Shown: positions 1 to 8,874 of the stretch, piece by piece | How the letters are laid out: each line of letters opens with the position of its first letter | How positions within the stretch are numbered: the stretch's first letter is position 1 | Source of the DNA: Acidobacteriota bacterium | GTDB lineage: Bacteria > Acidobacteriota > Terriglobia > Acidiferrales > UBA7541 | Length of the DNA stretch: 64,000 bases | NCBI GenBank assembly: GCA_013286165.1 | Contig: JABDGF010000002.1 | Location: forward strand, 30,501 to 94,500 | Direction: 5' to 3' | Notes under the pieces: model-generated | Database searches by the model: none | What the model saw: the letters and a program-made list of their open reading frames with translations, nothing else | Told to the model about the DNA's origin: nothing | Translations under genes and position numbers: made by a program

Positions 1-2227
1 GGCCGGCGCAAAACTCAGGCTCGCTGTCCAAGTGGTGGATACCGTCACCGGCACGCACCTGTGGGCCGAAAATTACGAACGTGCATTCAGCTCGGACGCC
101 GTGTTCGAGTTGCAGGACGATCTGGTCCCGCGAATCGTTTCCACCGTCGCCGATTGGTACGGCGTTCTCACGCGCAGCATCAGCGAGGCGCTCCGCAGCA
201 AAAGCGAAGACTCGCTTACGCCGCACGAAGCCGTGCTTCGCGGCTTCAGCTACTTCGCGCGCCTCACCGCCGAAGAACACGCAACCGTGCGCCGCCTGCT
301 CGAACGTGTGGTCCGTGAAAATCCGGATCACGCCGATTGCTGGGCGATGCTCGCGATGATGTACAACGTCGAGTATTCCGACGACTACAACGTGCTGCCC
401 AATACGCTCGAGCGGTCGCTCTCTGCCGCGCAGCGCGCGATCGAACTCGCGCCCTCTCATTCGATGGGTCATTACGCCATCGCCTGGATTTATTTTTTCC
501 TCAAAGATAAGCCCGCATTTCACGCCGCCCTCGAGCGCACGATTGCGCTGAACCCAATGGACGGATACGCGATCGGCATGCTCGGGCTTCTCCTGCTTCA
601 CACCGGCGAGCGGGAACGCGGCATGGAAATGACCGAGACCGCGATCAAACTCAACCCGAATTCTTCCGGCGCGCTGAAGTTCACCCCCTTCACCTATTTT
701 TATATGAAGGGTCAATACAAAGAGGCTCTGGACGCAGCAGTCCGCATCAACATGCCCGGTTTCTTTTATGCGCAAGCCTCGCTCGCTGAAGTTCTCGGTC
801 AGCTCGGCGATCGCGAAGGCGCGCAAAAGGCAGTGAAGGAATTGCTCGCGCTGCGTCCCGACTTCGCCGCCTCCGCCCGCCGCAACTACGCGAAGTGGTA
901 CGAACCGGAAGACGTCGAGCACTTCCTCGACGGCCTCCGCAAAGCCGGCCTCGAGATACCCGTCGAATCCCGTGCGACACCGGGAGGCGGCTCATCGCAA
1001 ATCTCTTCCAAGACGAGTTCCGGCGAGACGCGCATGGATGAAGGCTTCTGGATCGCCGTGCTGCCGTTCAGGCACACAGGCAAAAGCGAAGACCTCGCCG
1101 CGCTCGCCGAAGCTCTCTGCGACGACATCATCACCGGCCTCAACAAGTTTTCTTTCCTGCGCGTGATCGCGCGCAGCTCCACGGCGCGTTATGCGAACGA
1201 AAACGTGGATGTACGCGCAGCGGCGAAAGAGCTCGGCGCGCGTTACGTGCTGGAGGGCAGTCTGCATCACGCCGGAGCGAAGGTGCGAATTGCTGCGCGG
1301 CTGGTGGACGCCACCACCGGCGCGGGACTGTGGGCGGAAACATTCGACCGCGCGTTCACGCCCGATGCGTTGCTCGAATTACTCGACGACGTGGTGCCGC
1401 GAATCGTTTCAACCGTGGGTGATACGCAGGGAATTCTGGTGCTCAGCATGACGGAGATGTTGCGGCATCGCGACCCGAACTCTCTGACGCCTTACGAAGC
1501 TGTGCTACGCAGCTTCGCCTACATGATCCGTGTGAACGAGGCGGACCATCGAGCCTCGCTCGCCGCGCTGGAGCGCGTTTCGCAGGATCCGTCCGCCAGC
1601 GCGGACGTGTGGGCGATGCTGGCTTGGCTCTATCGCGGCGAAACCTCATACGGATTCAACGCGCGCCCGAACCCTCTCGGCCGAGCCCTCGACGCAGCGC
1701 AACGAGCGATCGCAGCTGACCCATCCAACATGATTGCCCACGCGGCGTTGGCAGCCGTCCACTTCAGCCGGGGCGATCTGCCTGCCTTCCGCACGGCGGC
1801 GAAGCGTGCTGTTTCCTTAAACCGCTGCGAAGGCTACGCGCTTGCGTACATGGGACTCTTGCTCGCGTACTCCGGGGAGTGGGAACAAGGATGTGCGTTG
1901 GCCGAGCAAGCAACACAGCTAAATCCGAATCATCCGGGATGGTATTGGGCGCCGATCGCGCTGAACGCGTACCGGCAACGCGATTACAAACGTGCGTTCG
2001 AGTTCGCGCTTCACATGAATACGCCGGGGATTTGGTCGATCCACCTGATCTTCGCGCTGATCTACACTCAGCTCGGAGACGCGGAAAAAGCGCGAGCCGC
2101 TTTGAAGGACCTGTTGGCCATACGGCCGGCGTTCAGCGACAACCCGCGAAAAGAATTGCAGGTTTGGTTTCAACCGGAAATGGTTGAACGAATGCTCGCC
2201 GATCTGAAACCACTCGGCATTGAGTGA
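1..2227 (+). CDS. TPR-repeat protein with duplicated TolB-N-like + TPR modules (5' end outside window)
   Basis: Frame is open from nt 2 (AGAKLRLAVQVVDTVTG...), so the track start at 32 is internal. The first ~45 aa (VDTVTGTHLWAENYERAF..DDLVPRIVSTVADWYGVL) recur at aa ~415-465 (VDATTGAGLWAETFDRAF..DDVVPRIVSTVGDTQGIL). Each copy is followed by ~270 aa of TPR-like helical repeats. Confidence 0.7.
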   Translation, partial: AGAKLRLAVQVVDTVTGTHLWAENYERAFSSDAVFELQDDLVPRIVSTVADWYGVLTRSISEALRSKSEDSLTPHEAVLRGFSYFARLTAEEHATVRRLLERVVRENPDHADCWAMLAMMYNVEYSDDYNVLPNTLERSLSAAQRAIELAPSHSMGHYAIAWIYFFLKDKPAFHAALERTIALNPMDGYAIGMLGLLLLHTGERERGMEMTETAIKLNPNSSGALKFTPFTYFYMKGQYKEALDAAVRINMPGFFYAQASLAEVLGQLGDREGAQKAVKELLALRPDFAASARRNYAKWYEPEDVEHFLDGLRKAGLEIPVESRATPGGGSSQISSKTSSGETRMDEGFWIAVLPFRHTGKSEDLAALAEALCDDIITGLNKFSFLRVIARSSTARYANENVDVRAAAKELGARYVLEGSLHHAGAKVRIAARLVDATTGAGLWAETFDRAFTPDALLELLDDVVPRIVSTVGDTQGILVLSMTEMLRHRDPNSLTPYEAVLRSFAYMIRVNEADHRASLAALERVSQDPSASADVWAMLAWLYRGETSYGFNARPNPLGRALDAAQRAIAADPSNMIAHAALAAVHFSRGDLPAFRTAAKRAVSLNRCEGYALAYMGLLLAYSGEWEQGCALAEQATQLNPNHPGWYWAPIALNAYRQRDYKRAFEFALHMNTPGIWSIHLIFALIYTQLGDAEKARAALKDLLAIRPAFSDNPRKELQVWFQPEMVERMLADLKPLGIE

Positions 2228-2252
2228 AGCCTACGCACTGCGCGTTGGCGCG

Positions 2253-2696
2253 TTACTGACCCTCAGCTTCGAGGATGAAGTCGATGTTGCCGCGCGTCGC
2301 GTGGCTGTAGGGGCAGATCTTTTCGTGGGTCTCCTGCGCCAGCGCCTTCGCATCCGCAGTCGAGAGACCTGGGACCTTCACGTGCATCTTCACCGCGATG
2401 CCAAAGCCGCCGCCTTCGCGCGGCCCGATCGACGTGCTGCAGGTGATCACCGCATCCTTCACGCTCTGCTTCTTCTGGTGGGCCAGGAATTCCATCGCGC
2501 CGCCGAAGCACGCTGCGTAGCCGGCAGAGAAGAGGTGCTCGGGCGTGGTAGTGTTCGGCAGGCCCGGGCCGCCCATTTCCTTGCGCACCGAGAGATTCAC
2601 GCTCACCGAATGGTCGGTGGTCTCGGAATGTCCGTTGCGGCCGCCGGTGTTGATGGCGACGGCGGTGAGCAGCGGTTGAATCGTGTAAGCAGGCAT
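2253..2696 (-). CDS. ohr: Organic hydroperoxide resistance protein (OsmC/Ohr family)
   Basis: 147 aa; both Ohr cysteines in typical contexts (FSAGYAACF and KICPYSHATRGN). Confidence 0.9.
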   Translation of the reverse strand: MPAYTIQPLLTAVAINTGGRNGHSETTDHSVSVNLSVRKEMGGPGLPNTTTPEHLFSAGYAACFGGAMEFLAHQKKQSVKDAVITCSTSIGPREGGGFGIAVKMHVKVPGLSTADAKALAQETHEKICPYSHATRGNIDFILEAEGQ

Positions 2697-2798
2697 GAAA
2701 TTCCTCCAGGTGAAATTTCGGATTTCAGAAAATTGCGTCGCGATATTCGCGTGCGATGAGTGACTAGTATAGCGCGTTCAAGTAAGCGCAGAGAAAGC

Positions 2799-3122
2799 CT
2801 AGGAGTGATTTGGCGGAGGAGGAACGCCGCGCGCGGCTTCGAGGCTCGTGCGGCCGTCCGGTAATCTCCACCGCCGGCACGCAATGATGAACCACACGAA
2901 ATTTCCCGCGGCGACGATGCATGAGAGCGCGACAATTTTTCCGAACCAGAGACTTTGCTGCGGCACAACGTAGAGCGGCACCACGATGATTACGAATTCC
3001 AGCGCCGCGAAACTCAGCGCAAAGAAAAGCTTCGACCAGCTCCACTCACTGGCCGCCTGTTCCTGCCGGACGCCGCGCACGATGACGATAATCTGCAGCG
3101 CCAAAAACACCAGCCACATCAT
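2799..3122 (-). CDS. Small integral membrane protein, unknown function
   Basis: 107 aa with about three hydrophobic spans. ATGA start/stop overlap with ORF 3119-3436. No family recognised. Confidence 0.5.
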   Translation of the reverse strand: MMWLVFLALQIIVIVRGVRQEQAASEWSWSKLFFALSFAALEFVIIVVPLYVVPQQSLWFGKIVALSCIVAAGNFVWFIIACRRWRLPDGRTSLEAARGVPPPPNHS

Positions 3123-3436
3123 CGCGCGTCCACCGCCTGACCTTTCGCTTCAGACGCCGCGAGGGAAGCGCGATACCGCGCCATGCCTCGCAGATACCAG
3201 CGCGTCCCGAAAATCATGAACAACACAAACGCCAGCACATCGATCCCGATCACTACGTAGAACATCGTGCTCGCCTCGGGATGCTTGTCGTAGTAATTCG
3301 CTGCAGGAACTCCTGTCGCAAACAGAAAAATCGCGAACCCGAATCCGAAAAGCACCACGCGCCACGAAACCATCCCTTTCTGCGCCGAATCGCGCAGCAC
3401 GAAGAAGTCCGTGATCAGCTTGAGCAGTTCCAGCAC
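3119..3436 (-). CDS. Small integral membrane protein, unknown function
   Basis: 105 aa with hydrophobic spans VVLFGFGFAIFLFATGV and MFYVVIGIDVLAFVLFMIFG. Lies 27 nt downstream of gene 3464-4720 on the same strand. No family recognised. Confidence 0.55.
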   Translation of the reverse strand: MLELLKLITDFFVLRDSAQKGMVSWRVVLFGFGFAIFLFATGVPAANYYDKHPEASTMFYVVIGIDVLAFVLFMIFGTRWYLRGMARYRASLAASEAKGQAVDAR

Positions 3437-3463
3437 GCCGTGTCCTCATCCTCTCCGCAAAAA

Positions 3464-4720
3464 TCAGTACGGCTGCCCGTTGCCGTGCACTTTCGTATCT
3501 TCGGTCCAATTACCCTGCAGCACGCCATTCGGATTCGCATTCGCATCGCTGGAGCCGTACCAATACGTCTGGTTTCCGATCGTGGTGGACCACACGTGCG
3601 TATCCTGATTCGAAACTTTCGCGATGCCGTCCGGACCGGCCACCGTCTGCCGGTCGAGCGCGTAGTCCACCCAATCCGACGTATTTGTCGATCGCGCGTT
3701 CATCGAATCGTTTGCGGCTCGCATCGAGCTCTGAAAACTCGATTCCTGCTGTTGCATGAATGCTTCGTGGTTGCGCCTCGACGTTTCCATGAAATCGTCG
3801 TGCTGCTTTTTCAGCATGGACGACCACTGATGCTGCAGCCGGGTCAGCTCTGCCATCATTTCCGAATTCTGCTGGTTCATCCGCTCGAGCAGCGCCTGCT
3901 GCCATTGGTCGCGCGGCTGGTTCTTGATGATGTTGTGCCCATCCACAAACGCAACCAACGCGTCGAGCTTGCCTTTCGGCGCGCGTGTCGCATCCACGCG
4001 AGCCCAGCAATAAATTCCCTGCATTGAGACGTTCAGTTGCGGATTGTCGCGCACCGTGCACTGCACCTGCGCGCGCAACCGCTGCTCGATCACGAATGAG
4101 CCGTTCATTGTTTCGATTCTCAGCGCGGCAGTGTCCGCCGTGGTGCGGCCGTTCATCGGGTTGTTGGAATTGGGATTCGCGGTTCGCGCCATCGCTTGCG
4201 CGTGGTCGGCAAACGTCTGATCCACCGGCATCGGACCGACAACGTGAACTCCGCCTTTGATCAGCTCCACATACTTCTGCAGGAATTCCGCGGCACTCAT
4301 TGTTTGTGAGAAGGGTAGGCATCCGTCGTTCTTCAGGAACCGCGGATCGCGCGCGCCTTTCCAGCCGAAGGTCGGGTTCACGCGAAATTCCAGCAGGCCG
4401 TCCGGCGAATACTCGCGGTACGCGGGGAAGGGAACGTAGCTGCAGGGCGGCATGATTATCGTGCCTTCGATCTTCCAACCGGTCGGGACCGCCAGGTCGA
4501 TTGCCGGCATTCCGTTGAAGGCTGGATCGTTGATCGTCTGAACGCTGGTGGAGGTGGGAATCGGCGCCATTCTCGCCAGCGCCTTCTGCTGGTCCACGCT
4601 GGGATTTGGCGCGCCGCTATTCGCGCCGGCGCTACTCCCGGCAACCATCAATCCCGCTACAACGGAAAGTCGCACCAATTTCGACTCGAGCACTCTGAGC
4701 ATGTGTTGTGTTCCTCGCAA
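3464..4720 (-). CDS. Secreted hypothetical protein
   Basis: 418 aa with a signal-like N-terminus (LVRLSVVAGLMVAGSSAGA) and a long uninterrupted ORF with protein-like composition. No family recognised. Start may be Met7 (nt 4702). Confidence 0.65.
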   Translation of the reverse strand: MRGTQHMLRVLESKLVRLSVVAGLMVAGSSAGANSGAPNPSVDQQKALARMAPIPTSTSVQTINDPAFNGMPAIDLAVPTGWKIEGTIIMPPCSYVPFPAYREYSPDGLLEFRVNPTFGWKGARDPRFLKNDGCLPFSQTMSAAEFLQKYVELIKGGVHVVGPMPVDQTFADHAQAMARTANPNSNNPMNGRTTADTAALRIETMNGSFVIEQRLRAQVQCTVRDNPQLNVSMQGIYCWARVDATRAPKGKLDALVAFVDGHNIIKNQPRDQWQQALLERMNQQNSEMMAELTRLQHQWSSMLKKQHDDFMETSRRNHEAFMQQQESSFQSSMRAANDSMNARSTNTSDWVDYALDRQTVAGPDGIAKVSNQDTHVWSTTIGNQTYWYGSSDANANPNGVLQGNWTEDTKVHGNGQPY

Positions 4721-4931
4721 TAGTCCTAATCGACGTGAACTGTAATGTTTTTAGGGACTTGCAGCAACAGACGTGAAGGGGCAAATCGGGGCACGACAGG
4801 TCATTTGACGACATCTCGCTTGGGGGTGCGGTTGCGCAATGCAGGTTCGAGAGCCCGCTGGGCTCTGCCAGTCTGAATTTGCGGATTCGCTGCAAATTCA
4901 CACGAATGCCGACCCCACGCGGACGTGTTTT

Positions 4932-5030
4932 CGTATCGATTAGAAATGAGGTCGGGTGATTGTTTTGTTGAGGTTACGGCGATTTCTAATGATTTCCAGT
5001 ATCGATTAGAAATTGCGGGTTGGCGGCGGG
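4932..5030. repeat. Extragenic repeat unit A (CGATTAGAAAT-type)
   Basis: About 100 bp, roughly 80 percent identical by eye to unit B (5379-5494). Contains CGATTAGAAAT (4936-4946), its complement ATTTCTAAT (4981-4989) and a second CGATTAGAAAT (5002-5012). Ends in GGTTGGCGGCGGGA. Confidence 0.7.
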
Positions 5031-5056
5031 ACGGCCTTGGCGCGTTGGTGTTGGAC

Positions 5057-5083
5057 GGGGAATAGCCTGCCGCGCAGGCTGTT
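5057..5083. repeat. Palindromic element, left copy (GGGAATAGCCTGCCGCGCAGGCTGTTC)
   Basis: Self-complementary AGCCTGC-CGC-GCAGGCT. From nt 5058 (GGAATAGCC..) it is the exact reverse complement of 5329-5354. Confidence 0.7.
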
Positions 5084-5328
5084 CGCGGGCGAGCGACAGA
5101 CGCATTCAACGCTCGAATTGATCCCGGACCGAGGACGACGAGGGAGCTACCTGTAGGGGCGGGTTGCGCGTGGGTTGAGCGCAAGCCGGCGCAGTTGGCG
5201 ACGTAGCCGAGTACAAGTGGAAAGCGCGCGCTTCGCGAAAGCGGCGAACCGGCCTCTACAGGTGCGCGTTGCTGGATGTGCCGATCGGCCACTGACTTTC
5301 GCGCTGGGCGGAATTGGGGGATCGGAGG

Positions 5329-5354
5329 AGAACAGCCTGCGCGGCAGGCTATTC
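5329..5354. repeat. Palindromic element, right copy (GAACAGCCTGCGCGGCAGGCTATTCC)
   Basis: Exact inverted copy of 5058-5083; the pair brackets about 245 bp. Confidence 0.7.
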
Positions 5355-5378
5355 CACCTGGCAAATCTGTGCTGCGAA

Positions 5379-5494
5379 AGTTGCGATTAGACTTGGGGTC
5401 GGGCGAGTGTTTTGTTGGAGTTACGGCGATTTCTAATCGCGAAAAGTTGCGATTAGAAACGCGGTGTGCGCGCTGGGCAGGGTTGGGCGGCGGG
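5379..5494. repeat. Extragenic repeat unit B (CGATTAGAAAT-type)
   Basis: Direct repeat of unit A. Contains CGATTAGA (5383-5390), ATTTCTAATCG (5428-5438) and CGATTAGAAA (5449-5458). Ends in GGTTGGGCGGCGGGA. Confidence 0.7.
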
Positions 5495-5790
5495 ATGAAG
5501 AAGGATACCCGACGGCCAAAGTGCATGCGCGCTCCCTGGTGGGCTGCCATTAGCGCCCGACTTACGTTAGCATATGTGTACTAGTTTGGAAAGGAAAAAG
5601 GGTGGAGGCGGAGAGATTCCCGAATCGGGAAACTGTGCAGAGGGTCGAAGGGCGGCCTGAAGGCCAGCGCTCTTTTACACAGGCAGGAATGCCTATGCTA
5701 CTCGGCGATCGAGGCGGAGCCGTTAGCCTCCCGCCCCAAATCTCACCGTTCGAGTTGCATGTTTTCCCGTGGTGCTGGACTATTTCACTC

Positions 5791-6753
5791 ATGCAAATTG
5801 TGGTCATGATGCCGGTCTTCGAGGACTGGGACACCGCCATCAAGGTGTGCGAGCGGATCGACAAGCTCTGCCAGACGCAGCCGGACATTCACGCGCGGAT
5901 CATGATGGTCAACGACGGGTCAACGACGCGATTCGAGGCGCCGCACGACATTCACCTTACGGCAATCGATGGAATTTCGATTCTCGAGCTGAAGCGCAAC
6001 CTGGGCCACCAGCGCGCTATCGCCGTCGGGCTCGCGTACCTGCAGCACAATTACAAAGCCGACGCGCTGGTGGTGATGGACGCCGACGGCGAAGACCGCC
6101 CCGAAGACATCGCGGTGCTGCTGGAAGAACTGAAAAGAAACGGCAATCGCAAAGCGGTATTCGCCGAGCGCGGAAAACGCATGGAAAGTTTTGTGTTCCG
6201 CACGCTATACCAGGTGTACCGCGGATTGCATCGAATGCTCACGGGCCGCGACATCCGGTTTGGCAATTTCAGCGTGTTGCCGTGGGCCGATTTGGAGAGC
6301 CTGGTGGTGTTTCCCGAGCTGTGGAACCACTACGCGGCCACCTTCATCAAGTCGCGGTTGCCTTACACGCGAGTGCGCTGCCCACGCGGCACTCGAATCG
6401 GCGGGGAATCGCGGATGGGATTTGTGGGCCTGGTGGTTCACGGACTTTCGGCGCTGTTTTCGAATCAGGAGATTGTGGGAACCCGGCTCCTGATATTGAA
6501 TTTGCTGCTCGCAGCGGCCATTTTTTTCATGATCGTTGTGGTGGTGGCAGTAAAAATGTTCACCGGTCTTGCGATTCCCGGATGGGCGACGAATACGATC
6601 GGGCTACTTCTGATTCTTGTGAGCCAGTCTTTGCTTGTATCCTTGATGCTGATTTTTTCGATCATGATGAACCGCAACCACCTCGGATTCCTGCCCATTC
6701 GCGATTATGGATTTTTCATATCGCGGGAAGCGACTGTCTTCCAGCGCTCATGA
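5791..6753 (+). CDS. Family 2 glycosyltransferase with C-terminal TM helices (GtrB/ArnC-like polyprenyl-phosphate glycosyltransferase)
   Basis: GT2 motifs MPVFEDW, NDGSTT and VVMDADGEDRPEDI (DxD), plus C-terminal hydrophobic helices. Start moved to ATG 5791 (MQIVVMMPVF); the track start 5602 adds 63 aa with no family resemblance. Confidence 0.8.
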   Translation: MQIVVMMPVFEDWDTAIKVCERIDKLCQTQPDIHARIMMVNDGSTTRFEAPHDIHLTAIDGISILELKRNLGHQRAIAVGLAYLQHNYKADALVVMDADGEDRPEDIAVLLEELKRNGNRKAVFAERGKRMESFVFRTLYQVYRGLHRMLTGRDIRFGNFSVLPWADLESLVVFPELWNHYAATFIKSRLPYTRVRCPRGTRIGGESRMGFVGLVVHGLSALFSNQEIVGTRLLILNLLLAAAIFFMIVVVVAVKMFTGLAIPGWATNTIGLLLILVSQSLLVSLMLIFSIMMNRNHLGFLPIRDYGFFISREATVFQRS

Positions 6754-7454
6754 ACTCGAACTACGTCGGCCAGGAACTGGACACATTCGCGCACGCGCGA
6801 AACTGGAAGAAATACTGGTCGCGGCAGATCGAACCTTATCTTGCGGGCGACATTTTGGAAGCTGGCGCAGGGCTTGGCGCGAATACCGAATTTTTGATGT
6901 CGAGCCGAATCGTGAGATGGGTGGGGCTGGAGCCCGATCCGGAACTCGCCGCGCGAATGCGGACGCTTTTCGCCGCGAGCCCTGAGTTCGCGAAGTGCAC
7001 GGCGGAAGTGGGCATCACAAGCACGATCGATCTCAGCCGGAAATTCGACGCCATCCTCTATATAGACGTGCTGGAGCACATCGAACACGATTCCGAAGAG
7101 CTAGCCCGCGCCGCGACACTTTTGAAGAAAGGCGGAAAGATCATCGTGCTCGCGCCGGCGCATCAGTGGCTTTACACCCCGTTTGATAAAGCGATTGGCC
7201 ATTTTCGTCGCTACAGCAAAGCGAGTCTCGTGGCGTGCAAACCGGCCGGTTGTGTGCTGCGGCGGATTGCATACCTGGATGCCGCTGGAGTGCTCGCATC
7301 GACAGGGAATCGGCTGTTTTTGAAGCAAGCCGATCCAACGCTGGAACAGATTTTATTCTGGGACCGGTTTCTCGTTCCCGTTTCGCGCCTCCTCGACCCG
7401 CTCACGTTCCACACCATCGGAAAATCCGTTCTCGCCGTGTGGGAGCGAGAATAA
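6750..7454 (+). CDS. Class I SAM-dependent methyltransferase
   Basis: 234 aa. SAM motif I ILEAGAGLGANT, then ILYIDVLEHIEHD and GGKIIVLAP. ATG 6750 overlaps the GT2 stop (ATGA). Only the last 234 codons of track ORF 5769-7454 are taken as real. Confidence 0.8.
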   Translation: MNSNYVGQELDTFAHARNWKKYWSRQIEPYLAGDILEAGAGLGANTEFLMSSRIVRWVGLEPDPELAARMRTLFAASPEFAKCTAEVGITSTIDLSRKFDAILYIDVLEHIEHDSEELARAATLLKKGGKIIVLAPAHQWLYTPFDKAIGHFRRYSKASLVACKPAGCVLRRIAYLDAAGVLASTGNRLFLKQADPTLEQILFWDRFLVPVSRLLDPLTFHTIGKSVLAVWERE

Positions 7455-7470
7455 TGTTCGGAAGTATTGG

Positions 7471-8820
7471 ATGTTAGGTGGCGCAACAAATCTGATCGGC
7501 ACCGAGCAGCTAGCGCTGCGCAAGCGTTACCTAACGTTTGCGTTGCTGCTGCTCGCGCTGAATACCGCTTCGTCGCTGTTTTTCATGGCGCGCATCACGC
7601 GGCCGGTGTTTGACGACCAGTACAACATCGTTGATGTGAAGCGTTACGCGGCGGACGGCATCACGCGCGATTCGCTCAGCAAGCACGTGAATCCGCCGGG
7701 GCCCGCCAGCTTTGCGTGGATGGCGGGCGCGGTGCGCGCGATTGGCGGTGATTCGGTGCGAGACGCGCGGCTCGGCGCGCTGGTGAGTTGGCTGATTCTC
7801 GCAGGGTGCATCGTCTTCTTCGGACGGCTCGCGCGGCTCGATTCCACCGAACTGTGGTACGCAGCGCTGCTGGTGACGATGGCGTTTCCGCATACGCAGA
7901 TGGCGATGGCTACGGTGCTCACCGAAGGACCTGCGGCGCTGTTTGCGTTGCTCGGCGTGATGGCGTGGGCGGCGTTCATGGCGGCGGAGCAAGTGACGCC
8001 CGCGATTTTTGCGTTGTGCGTGGCGGGAGGATCATCGATCGGGATTGCGGTGACGGCGCGGCAATACTATCTGGCGCTGCTCGCGTGCTGGCCGCTTTTG
8101 ATTTTGTACCGGTGGTGGCGCGGACGGCTCACGGGTGCTGCTGTCGCTGCTGCGTTTGCTTCCGGCGCTGCTGCAGTGATTCCGATTCTTTGTCTGATTG
8201 TGGCGTGGCATGGATTGCAAAGCCCTGGGATGGTTTCCGGCGCGTCGTACGTGAAGTGGAATTCGAAAGTCGGATTCAACGTGATTCGGCCGCTGATCGC
8301 GGCGTTCTATGTGGGGCTTTATTTTTTTCCACTGACGATCACCGAGGCGCTGCGCGACCGGCTTGCGCGGGATAAGAAGGTGTGGGCGCTCGCGCTCTTC
8401 GGCGGAATCGCGATGGCGCTGATCGGCGCGGGCTTCGTGCAGCCTGGTCCGCTTCATACACTGCTGAAAGCGGGTGACCGCATCCCGCATGGCGCGAATT
8501 TGCTACTGGCGCTGATCGCGGCGGTGACGATTTACAATTTCGCGCTCTTTGCGGATTCGGCGTGGGAGCGCCGCAACGAGTTGGTTGCAAAGCCCGTCGC
8601 GCTGATTTCGATTCTGGTGGTCGGATTCTTTGTGCTGGAGCAGGTGGGCGTGGGCGGGAATATCCCGTTTTACGATTTGTACGTGCTGCAGATCGCGCCG
8701 TTTTTGGGAATTGCGGCGTTTGCGGTGTATCCGAGGCTATCTCGTTCGCGGCTGGTGCCGCTGGCGATGCTGTGGGTGATTGGCGAGATCACGCTGTGGC
8801 GCTATTTGTGGCGGACGTAG
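7471..8820 (+). CDS. Polytopic membrane protein, GT-C-fold glycosyltransferase-like (ArnT/PMT-like)
   Basis: 449 aa with ten or more hydrophobic spans. The first loop has the acidic FDDQYN motif and NPPGP, as in GT-C enzymes. Starts 16 nt after the methyltransferase. Confidence 0.6.
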   Translation: MLGGATNLIGTEQLALRKRYLTFALLLLALNTASSLFFMARITRPVFDDQYNIVDVKRYAADGITRDSLSKHVNPPGPASFAWMAGAVRAIGGDSVRDARLGALVSWLILAGCIVFFGRLARLDSTELWYAALLVTMAFPHTQMAMATVLTEGPAALFALLGVMAWAAFMAAEQVTPAIFALCVAGGSSIGIAVTARQYYLALLACWPLLILYRWWRGRLTGAAVAAAFASGAAAVIPILCLIVAWHGLQSPGMVSGASYVKWNSKVGFNVIRPLIAAFYVGLYFFPLTITEALRDRLARDKKVWALALFGGIAMALIGAGFVQPGPLHTLLKAGDRIPHGANLLLALIAAVTIYNFALFADSAWERRNELVAKPVALISILVVGFFVLEQVGVGGNIPFYDLYVLQIAPFLGIAAFAVYPRLSRSRLVPLAMLWVIGEITLWRYLWRT

Positions 8821-8874
8821 ATTCCCGTCTTTGCCAGTTTTTGTAATTAGACAATCTGTCTGTTATTGCGCCGG

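Noticed and set aside
4801-5550. 249-aa minus-strand ORF across the repeat island
   Set aside because: It spans the direct and inverted repeats (the LEIAVT..SNR artefact appears twice), has no RBS or family resemblance, and is best explained as translation of repeats.
5602-5790. Track start 5602 for the GT2 gene, and the 5' two-thirds of ORF 5769-7454
   Set aside because: The extra N-terminal residues have no GT2 similarity. ORF 5769-7454 is out of frame with the GT2 gene up to 6749, and only its last 234 codons (the methyltransferase) look genuine.
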